Positions 7,633 to 14,074 of a stretch of DNA of 64,000 bases are shown one piece after another. Each line of letters begins with the position of its first letter. The stretch's first letter is position 1. The stretch lies in NCBI RefSeq assembly GCF_054482595.1, contig NZ_CM137008.1; one strand, given 5' to 3'. Both the position numbers and the translations under genes were made by a program. The notes beneath the pieces were generated by a model. That model saw nothing but the letters and a program-made list of their open reading frames with translations, made no database searches and was not told where the DNA came from.

Positions 7633-8418
7633 ATGAGTACAGCACTCGCAACGCTGGCTGGGAAGCTGGCTGAACGCGTCGGCATGGATTCTGTCGACCC
7701 ACAGGAACTGATCACCACTCTTCGCCAGACGGCATTTAAAGGTGATGCCAGCGATGCGCAGTTCATCGCATTGCTGATCGTCGCCAACCAGTACGGCCTT
7801 AATCCGTGGACGAAAGAAATTTACGCCTTCCCTGACAAGCAGAACGGCATCGTTCCGGTGGTGGGCGTTGATGGCTGGTCCCGTATCATCAATGAAAACC
7901 AGCAGTTTGATGGCATGGACTTTGAGCAGGACAATGAATCCTGCACATGCCGGATTTACCGCAAGGACCGCAATCATCCGATCTGCGTTACCGAGTGGAT
8001 GGATGAATGCCGCCGCGAACCATTCAAAACCCGCGAAGGCAGAGAAATCACGGGGCCGTGGCAGTCGCATCCCAAACGGATGTTACGGCATAAAGCCATG
8101 ATTCAGTGTGCCCGTCTCGCCTTCGGATTTGCTGGTATCTATGACAAGGATGAAGCCGAGCGCATTGTCGAAAATACCGCATACACTGCAGAACGTCAGC
8201 CGGAACGCGACATCACTCCGGTTAACGATGAAACCATGCAGGAGATTAACACTCTGCTGATTGCCCTGGATAAAACATGGGATGACGACTTATTGCCGCT
8301 CTGTTCCCAGATATTTCGCCGCGACATTCGAGCATCGTCAGAACTGACACAGGCCGAAGCAGTGAAAGCTCTTGGATTCCTGAAACAGAAAGCCACTGAG
8401 CAGAAGGTGGCAGCATGA
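7633..8418 (+). CDS. bet: Bet (Red beta single-strand annealing protein), 261 aa
   Basis: Translation matches lambda Bet as recalled. Confidence 0.95.
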   Translation: MSTALATLAGKLAERVGMDSVDPQELITTLRQTAFKGDASDAQFIALLIVANQYGLNPWTKEIYAFPDKQNGIVPVVGVDGWSRIINENQQFDGMDFEQDNESCTCRIYRKDRNHPICVTEWMDECRREPFKTREGREITGPWQSHPKRMLRHKAMIQCARLAFGFAGIYDKDEAERIVENTAYTAERQPERDITPVNDETMQEINTLLIALDKTWDDDLLPLCSQIFRRDIRASSELTQAEAVKALGFLKQKATEQKVAA

Positions 8419-9095
8419 CACCGGACATTATCCTGCAGCGTACCGGGATCGACGTGAGAGCTGTCGAACAGGGGGATGATGCGTGGCACAAATTACGGCT
8501 CGGCGTCATCACCGCTTCAGAGGTTCACAATGTGATAGCAAAACCCCGCTCCGGAAAGAAATGGCCTGACATGAAAATGTCCTACTTCCACACCCTGCTT
8601 GCCGAGGTTTGCACCGGTGTGGCTCCGGAAGTTAACGCTAAGGCGCTGGCCTGGGGAAAACAGTACGAGAACGACGCCAGAGCCCTCTTTGAGTTCACTT
8701 CCGGCGTGAATGTTACTGAATCCCCGATCATCTATCGCGACGAAAGTATGCGCACCGCCTGCTCTCCCGATGGTTTATGCAGTGACGGCAACGGCCTTGA
8801 ACTGAAATGCCCGTTTACCTCCCGGGATTTCATGAAGTTCCGGCTCGGTGGTTTCGAGGCCATAAAGTCGGCTTACATGGCCCAGGTGCAGTACAGCATG
8901 TGGGTGACGCGAAAAGATGCCTGGTACTTTGCCAACTATGACCCGCGCATGAAGCGTGAAGGCCTGCATTATGTCGTGATTGAGCGGAATGAAAAGTACA
9001 TGGCGAGTTTTGACGAGATGGTGCCGGAGTTCATCGAAAAAATGGACGAGGCACTGGCTGAAATTGGTTTTGTATTTGGGGAGCAATGGCGATGA
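8415..9095 (+). CDS. exo: Exo (Red alpha 5'-3' exonuclease), 226 aa
   Basis: Translation matches lambda Exo as recalled. Confidence 0.95.
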   Translation: MTPDIILQRTGIDVRAVEQGDDAWHKLRLGVITASEVHNVIAKPRSGKKWPDMKMSYFHTLLAEVCTGVAPEVNAKALAWGKQYENDARALFEFTSGVNVTESPIIYRDESMRTACSPDGLCSDGNGLELKCPFTSRDFMKFRLGGFEAIKSAYMAQVQYSMWVTRKDAWYFANYDPRMKREGLHYVVIERNEKYMASFDEMVPEFIEKMDEALAEIGFVFGEQWR

Positions 9096-9274
9096 CGCAT
9101 CCTCACGATAATATCCGGGTAGGCGCAATCACTTTCGTCTACTCCGTTACAAAGCGAGGCTGGGTATTTCCCGGCCTTTCTGTTATCAGAAATCCACTGA
9201 AAGCACAGCGGCTGGCTGAGGAGATAAATAATAAACGGGGAGCTGTATGCACAAAGCATCTCCCGTTGAGTTAA
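9086..9274 (+). CDS. lambda orf60a-like small protein (62 aa)
   Basis: Matches recalled lambda orf60a; overlaps exo 3' end. Confidence 0.7.
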   Translation: MAMTHPHDNIRVGAITFVYSVTKRGWVFPGLSVIRNPLKAQRLAEEINNKRGAVCTKHLPLS

Positions 9275-9438
9275 GAACGAGTATCGAGATGGCACATAGC
9301 CTCGCTCAAATTGGAGTCAGGTTTGTGCCAATACCAGTAGAAACAGACGAAGAATTTCATACGTTAGCCGCATCCCTTTCACAAAAGCTGGAAATGATGG
9401 TGGCGAAAGCAGAAGCAGATGAGAGAGACCAGGTATGA
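9247..9438 (+). CDS. lambda orf63-like small protein (63 aa)
   Basis: Matches recalled lambda orf63. Confidence 0.7.
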   Translation: MHKASPVELRTSIEMAHSLAQIGVRFVPIPVETDEEFHTLAASLSQKLEMMVAKAEADERDQV

Positions 9439-9518
9439 CAACCACGGAATGCATTTTTCTGGCAGCGGGCTTCATATTCTGTGTGCTTATGCTTGCCGAC
9501 ATGGGACTTGTTCAATGA
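9435..9518 (+). CDS. Small hydrophobic peptide (27 aa, MTTTECIFLAAGFIFCVLMLADMGLVQ), ATGA-coupled on both sides
   Basis: Read from sequence: ATG overlaps orf63 stop (ATGA), stop overlaps next gene start (ATGA); single predicted TM helix; below ORF-track cutoff. Confidence 0.4.
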   Translation: MTTTECIFLAAGFIFCVLMLADMGLVQ

Positions 9519-9730
9519 CACCTCAGCAGGAAAACGCCCTTCGCAGTATTGCCCGTCAGGCTAATTCTGAAATCAAAAAAGCCAGACAGCAGTTTCCGGA
9601 TAAAAACGTCGATGACATTTGCCGTAGCGTACTGAAGAAGCACCGCGAAACGGTAACGCTGATGGGATTCACACCGACTCATTTAAGCCTGGCGATCGGC
9701 ATGTTAAACGGCGTCTTTAAGGAACGGTGA
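9515..9730 (+). CDS. lambda orf61-like small protein (71 aa from this start)
   Basis: In-frame ATG at 9515 within ORF 9419-9730; sequence MTPQQENALRSIARQ...; start choice uncertain. Confidence 0.6.
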   Translation: MTPQQENALRSIARQANSEIKKARQQFPDKNVDDICRSVLKKHRETVTLMGFTPTHLSLAIGMLNGVFKER

Positions 9731-9752
9731 GCATGAAAAACAAAATCATCAT

Positions 9753-9776
9753 GGAGCTACAGGCTCCTTTTTTATT
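9753..9776 (+). terminator. Weak intrinsic terminator-like hairpin inside the leftward operon
   Basis: GGAGC-TACAG-GCTCC followed by TTTTTT; only a 5-bp stem. Confidence 0.35.
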
Positions 9777-9828
9777 ATTCGCATTCACCCTCAAGCGTAT
9801 TAACCAACAATTCAGGGATTAATGAAAG

Positions 9829-10050
9829 ATGGCAGACATCATTGATTCAGCATCAGAAATTGAAGAATTACAGCGCAATACAGCAATAAAAATGCGTCGT
9901 CTGAACTACCAGACTATATCCGCCACTCATTGTTGTGAGTGTGGCGATCCCATAGATGAACGAAGACGCCTGGTCGTTCAGGGTTGTCGGACTTGTGCAA
10001 GTTGCCAGGAGGATCTGGAGCTTATCAGTAAACAGAGAGGTTCGAAGTGA
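9829..10050 (+). CDS. TraR/DksA-family C4 zinc-finger protein (73 aa)
   Basis: CxxC...CxxC motif (CCECGDPIDERRRLVVQGCRTCASCQ) typical of TraR/DksA-type phage proteins. Confidence 0.7.
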   Translation: MADIIDSASEIEELQRNTAIKMRRLNYQTISATHCCECGDPIDERRRLVVQGCRTCASCQEDLELISKQRGSK

Positions 10051-10454
10051 GCGAAATTAACTCTCAGGCACTGCGTGAAGCGGCAGAGAAAGCCGGTGAA
10101 GATAAGTGGCAGGCTAAAAAAATAAATGGTGATTTTTTCGTTATTCGTCACGGTAGTTATACAAGACAGCATGGCTACACATCGTATCAACCCATTGCGG
10201 AGATTGATTGTAAGCCAGTCCGGGATTTTGTTGCCAAGGCTAATCCGGCTACCGTGCTGGAATTACTGGATGAACTGGAAGCAGCAAAAAAGCGCATTGC
10301 AGAACTGGAAGCGCGGGAAATACTGCTCCCGGAACGTAGCAGCATGCTTCATCGAACAGATTTTCACGATGATTACCAAACGGTAATGGCATACAAAGTT
10401 TCTGAAGTCATCGATGCAATCCGCGCTACTGGCATTCGCATCAAAGGAGAGTGA
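10047..10454 (+). CDS. Ead/Ea22-like protein (135 aa), shortened/mosaic
   Basis: N-terminus MSEINSQALREAAE and C-terminus ...ATGIRIKGE as in lambda Ea22 family; coiled-coil motif LELLDELEAAKKRIAELEARE. Confidence 0.7.
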   Translation: MSEINSQALREAAEKAGEDKWQAKKINGDFFVIRHGSYTRQHGYTSYQPIAEIDCKPVRDFVAKANPATVLELLDELEAAKKRIAELEAREILLPERSSMLHRTDFHDDYQTVMAYKVSEVIDAIRATGIRIKGE

Positions 10455-10455
10455 G

Positions 10456-11211
10456 ATGATTCACTACCACGGTGGGCCTATTACTCCTGATACGTGCGCA
10501 ATGAGGGCATGGAAAGGGCGACATGCGTTTATCAGTTTTGCGCATTCAGGCCAGATCAATCTCGCGGCTGAATACTGTCAGTCGTTCGCGCTGGACAACG
10601 GTGCATTCACCGCCTGGAAAGCAGCTGGCAAAAACAAAATCGACTGGAGCGATTACTACGAGTTTGTTGCTCGCTGGAAGAATCACCCAGGATTCGATTT
10701 TGCCATTATCCCGGATATTATTGATGGCGGAGAGGAGGAAAATGATGCGCTTCTGAATGAGTGGCCTCACGGAAAACTAGCTGGCGTTCCAGTGTGGCAC
10801 ATGAATGAAAGTGACGCGCGATTTATTCATTTGTGCAATGAGTTTCCGCGAGTGGCTATCGGTAGTTGTGGCGACTATGACGTAAAGCGCCCAACTCTTG
10901 CGGTAGCCAGAATGAAAGACCTGATTCGTCACATTGTTGATGGGCATGGTCAGCCGGTTACGAAACTACATGGATTGCGCATGTTAAATCCGCTGATATT
11001 CACAAAATTACCCTTAGCCAGCGCAGATAGTACGAACGTCGCTCGAAACATCGGTATTGATAAAGCCTGGTCTAGGGCTTATGCACCTGCAAGTAAAGAG
11101 ACACGCGCAGCATTAATGGTAGAACGGATTGAGGCACACAATAGCCCTGGTTCTCTTGCGTATTGTGAACAACGCGACCGCTTTGAAATGCAATTGCAAC
11201 TAGCAGTTTAA
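10456..11211 (+). CDS. TGT-fold protein, candidate DpdA-like 7-deazaguanine DNA transglycosylase (251 aa)
   Basis: Strong SD AGGAG before ATG 10456; ordered motifs LDNGAF, FAIIPD, VAIGSCG, HGLRM, ADSTNVARN resembling tRNA-guanine transglycosylase motifs DSGGYQ, MAFDE, AVGG, HYLMGVG, FDCVLPTRSGRN; no zinc-binding subdomain; assignment by eye. Confidence 0.55.
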   Translation: MIHYHGGPITPDTCAMRAWKGRHAFISFAHSGQINLAAEYCQSFALDNGAFTAWKAAGKNKIDWSDYYEFVARWKNHPGFDFAIIPDIIDGGEEENDALLNEWPHGKLAGVPVWHMNESDARFIHLCNEFPRVAIGSCGDYDVKRPTLAVARMKDLIRHIVDGHGQPVTKLHGLRMLNPLIFTKLPLASADSTNVARNIGIDKAWSRAYAPASKETRAALMVERIEAHNSPGSLAYCEQRDRFEMQLQLAV

Positions 11212-11221
11212 GGACTAACAA

Positions 11222-12019
11222 ATGACCACTATTACCAAAGAACGTATTGAATTGTTCATTAAAAATCCGCTTGAAAACGGACTTACTCGTGGCGAACAAA
11301 TGGAACTGGCACGAATTGCACTGGCATCACTGGAACGCGAACTGATTCGCCACGAGCATGCCAAATGGTCTGACTCCACATTTGGCTGCGTTGGCCCCAT
11401 TGGTCCACTGAAACACCTCTCAAAAGAGGCTCTGGAAGCCGCAGCCGAACCAGACGATCTCAGCGAGTGGGCTGATATGCATTTCCTGTTGTGGGATGCA
11501 CAGCGCCGTGCTGGCATCAGCGATGCTGAAATTACCGCTGCTATGGAAGATAAATTGAAGATCAACATGGAGCGCCAGTGGCCTGAACCAATAGATGGTG
11601 AGCCTCGCTTGCACATTAAAGAACCCGGCAACTCTCCGGTAATTCCGGATGGTTTATCCACGGTATGCGCTGAGGCTTATCAGGTTGTAGGAGTTATGGC
11701 AGATGCGCTTGGTGTATTCGGTGATGCAGCAGTACAGAAAGTTCTGGATAACCTGTCACAGCAAAAACTTGTTCACAGAGATGTGCTGCCGTTCTCGCTT
11801 CCGGTGACTCCGGATGGTTGGATAAGCTGTAGTGAGCGAATGCCGAAAGAAACGGGTGACATTATTGTTGTTTCGGATGGCATTGTAATGTCCGGGATTT
11901 CTTATTCTCGTCGTGACGGGTTCTATATAGCCGCATTGGAGTACGACGACGATGAGCCAATTGGCGGTGTAACCCACTGGATGCCTCTACCAGAACCGCC
12001 TCGATTAAAGGAGCTATAA
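11222..12019 (+). CDS. Phage protein with N-terminal dATP/dGTP pyrophosphohydrolase-like (DUF550-like) region and C-terminal DUF551-like region (265 aa)
   Basis: C-terminal motif PDGWISCSERMPKE...THWMPLPEPP typical of DUF551; N-terminal acidic region (EWADMHFLLWDAQRR) resembles MazG-like nucleotide pyrophosphohydrolases; recalled, not searched. Confidence 0.6.
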   Translation: MTTITKERIELFIKNPLENGLTRGEQMELARIALASLERELIRHEHAKWSDSTFGCVGPIGPLKHLSKEALEAAAEPDDLSEWADMHFLLWDAQRRAGISDAEITAAMEDKLKINMERQWPEPIDGEPRLHIKEPGNSPVIPDGLSTVCAEAYQVVGVMADALGVFGDAAVQKVLDNLSQQKLVHRDVLPFSLPVTPDGWISCSERMPKETGDIIVVSDGIVMSGISYSRRDGFYIAALEYDDDEPIGGVTHWMPLPEPPRLKEL

Positions 12020-12133
12020 TAGTGAACTATTATATCTATTTGTATTAAAAGAGTTTTTATAAAATAAATCTTCCAAAGCATGTAAAAACACTGTTAATCT
12101 TAACGTGTGTGAAACGTGAAGAGAGGTGTTGAA

Positions 12134-12415
12134 ATGAGCATTCATGATTTGTGTGAAGATCAAGAGCAATGGGCTATGCAGACCCTTATGGGATCAGGAG
12201 TTCTTGCAAGGTGCAGAATCCATAACGATGTAATTTTAGACAGCGGAAATGATGCTTCTTCTGCTTATAAATTAGGAACTTACCTATATCAAAAAGATAA
12301 TAGCTGCAACTTATTCAATACTCTTACTGAAGCCCGCGACGCAATAAAGGATGCATATGAATCGTATTGTGGGATCGATGATTGCCCACAATGCTCAAAA
12401 TACATTGACGATTAA
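12134..12415 (+). CDS. ea8.5: Ea8.5-like protein (93 aa from ATG 12134)
   Basis: SD GAGAGGTG upstream of ATG 12134 (ORF track starts at GTG 12116); C-terminal CPQC motif; lambda-like position and size. Confidence 0.6.
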   Translation: MSIHDLCEDQEQWAMQTLMGSGVLARCRIHNDVILDSGNDASSAYKLGTYLYQKDNSCNLFNTLTEARDAIKDAYESYCGIDDCPQCSKYIDD

Positions 12416-12503
12416 TAATATGAACAAGTAACTATCCTCGCACTCGCGGGGATTTCTTTTATCTGAACTCGCTACGGCGAGTTTTGTTTTATGGAGATGA
12501 TAA

Positions 12504-12671
12504 ATGCACTTCCGAGTTACAGGTGAATGGAATGGAGAACCATTCAACAGAGTTATCGAAGCCGAGAACATCAGCGACTGCTATGACCACTGGATGCTGT
12601 GGGCGCAGATAGCACATGCAGACGTAACCAATATTCGAATTGAAGAACTGAAAGAACACCAAGCCGCCTGA
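12504..12671 (+). CDS. lambda orf55-like protein (55 aa)
   Basis: Translation MHFRVTGEWNGEPFNRVIEAENISDCYDHWMLWAQIAHADVTNIRIEELKEHQAA; followed by hairpin and T-run; below ORF-track cutoff. Confidence 0.6.
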   Translation: MHFRVTGEWNGEPFNRVIEAENISDCYDHWMLWAQIAHADVTNIRIEELKEHQAA

Positions 12672-12710
12672 TGGCGGTTTTTTCTTGCGTGTAATTGCGG
12701 AGACTTTGCG

Positions 12711-12929
12711 ATGTACTTGACACTTCAGGAGTGGAACGCACGCCAGCGACGCCCAAGAAGCCTTGAAACAGTTCGTCGATGGGTACGCGAGTGCAGGATA
12801 TTCCCTCCTCCGGTTAAGGATGGAAGAGAGTATCTGTTCCACGAATCAGCGGTAAAGGTTGACTTAAATCGACCAGTAACAGGTAGCCTTTTGAAGAGGA
12901 TCAGAAATGGGAAGAAGGCGAAGTCATGA
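12711..12929 (+). CDS. xis: Excisionase Xis (72 aa)
   Basis: Translation MYLTLQEWNARQRRPRSLETVRRWVRECRIFPPPVKDGREYLFHESAVKVDLNRPVTGSLLKRIRNGKKAKS matches lambda Xis. Confidence 0.95.
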   Translation: MYLTLQEWNARQRRPRSLETVRRWVRECRIFPPPVKDGREYLFHESAVKVDLNRPVTGSLLKRIRNGKKAKS

Positions 12930-13980
12930 GCGCCGGGATTTACCCCCTAACCTTTATATAAGAAACAATGGATATTACTGCTACAGGGACCCAAGGACGG
13001 GTAAAGAGTTTGGATTAGGCCGAGACAGGAGGATAGCAATCACTGAAGCAATACAGGCCAATATTGAGTTACTCTCAGACAGCGGACGCAAATCACTGAT
13101 AGACAGAATTAAAGGCGGTGACGCAATCACTCTTCATGTGTGGCTTGACCGATATGAAACAATCCTCACCGAAAGGGGGATCAGGCCGAAAACTCTACTC
13201 GACTACGCCAGCAAAATCAGGGCAATCCGAAGAAAATTGCCGGACAAACCGCTCACTGACATATCAACGAAAGAAGTGGCAGCAATGCTAAACACCTACG
13301 TAGCAGAAGGTAAAGCAGCTTCCGCAAAATTAATCAGGTCAACCCTTGTTGACGTTTTTCGTGAAGCAATAGCCGAGGGGCATGTGGCAACGAATCCGGT
13401 AACAGCAACCCGTACAGCAAAGTCAGAAGTAAGGCGCTCAAGGCTGACAGCTAATGAGTATGTCGAGATTTACCATGCAGCCGAACCTCTCCCTATCTGG
13501 CTAAGGCTGGCGATGGATTTGGCCGTCGTTACAGGGCAGAGAGTCGGCGATTTGTGCAGAATGAAATGGTCAGACATAAACGACAACCATCTTCACATTA
13601 AACAGAGTAAAACAGGGGCTAAACTCGCCATTCCGCTAACGCTAACGATTGACGCGCTCAATATCTCATTGGCTGATACACTACAGAAATGCAGGGAGGC
13701 CAGCAGCAGTGAAACTATAATCGCATCAAAGCATCACGATCCGCTTTCCCCGAAAACAGTATCAAAGTATTTTACAAAGGCGAGAAATGCATCTGGCCTC
13801 TCATTTGATGGAAACCCGCCAACATTCCATGAACTGCGTAGCCTGTCAGCGAGGCTATACCGGAACCAGATTGGCGATAAGTTTGCTCAACGTCTTCTCG
13901 GGCATAAATCAGATTCAATGGCGGCGCGGTATAGGGACAGCCGTGGACGGGAATGGGACAAAATTGAAATCGACAAATGA
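12907..13980 (+). CDS. int: Tyrosine integrase Int (357 aa), lambda-family
   Basis: N-terminus MGRRRSHERRDLPPNLYIRNNGYYCYRDPRTGKEFGLGRDRRIAITEAIQANIEL and C-terminal RSLSARLY...HLLGHKSD...REWDKIEI as in lambda Int; central domain divergent. Confidence 0.95.
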   Translation: MGRRRSHERRDLPPNLYIRNNGYYCYRDPRTGKEFGLGRDRRIAITEAIQANIELLSDSGRKSLIDRIKGGDAITLHVWLDRYETILTERGIRPKTLLDYASKIRAIRRKLPDKPLTDISTKEVAAMLNTYVAEGKAASAKLIRSTLVDVFREAIAEGHVATNPVTATRTAKSEVRRSRLTANEYVEIYHAAEPLPIWLRLAMDLAVVTGQRVGDLCRMKWSDINDNHLHIKQSKTGAKLAIPLTLTIDALNISLADTLQKCREASSSETIIASKHHDPLSPKTVSKYFTKARNASGLSFDGNPPTFHELRSLSARLYRNQIGDKFAQRLLGHKSDSMAARYRDSRGREWDKIEIDK

Positions 13981-14074
13981 TTTTATTTTGACTAATAATG
14001 ACCTACTTACATTAATTTACTGATAATTAAAGAGATTTTAAATATACAACTTATTCACCTTAAGTGCACCGACC
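13981..14074. other. attL-type prophage/host junction region (P' arm with arm-type Int sites; core not resolved)
   Basis: TTTTGACTAATAATGACC resembles lambda P' arm-type sites as recalled; lies between int stop and host torS start. Confidence 0.4.

Larger units (their letters stand above)
1..14074. mobile_element. Lambdoid prophage, early/left arm (ninB to int and attL); continues beyond window start
   Basis: Contiguous lambda-order gene set (ninB, ren, P, O, cII, cro, cI, N, sieB, ea10, cIII, kil, gam, bet, exo, xis, int) recognised from translations; ends at int next to host torS. Confidence 0.9.

Noticed and set aside
12489-12842. 117-aa ORF on - strand overlapping orf55 and xis
   Set aside because: Opposite strand to the well-supported orf55 and xis genes; no SD; lambda-like organisation explains the region.
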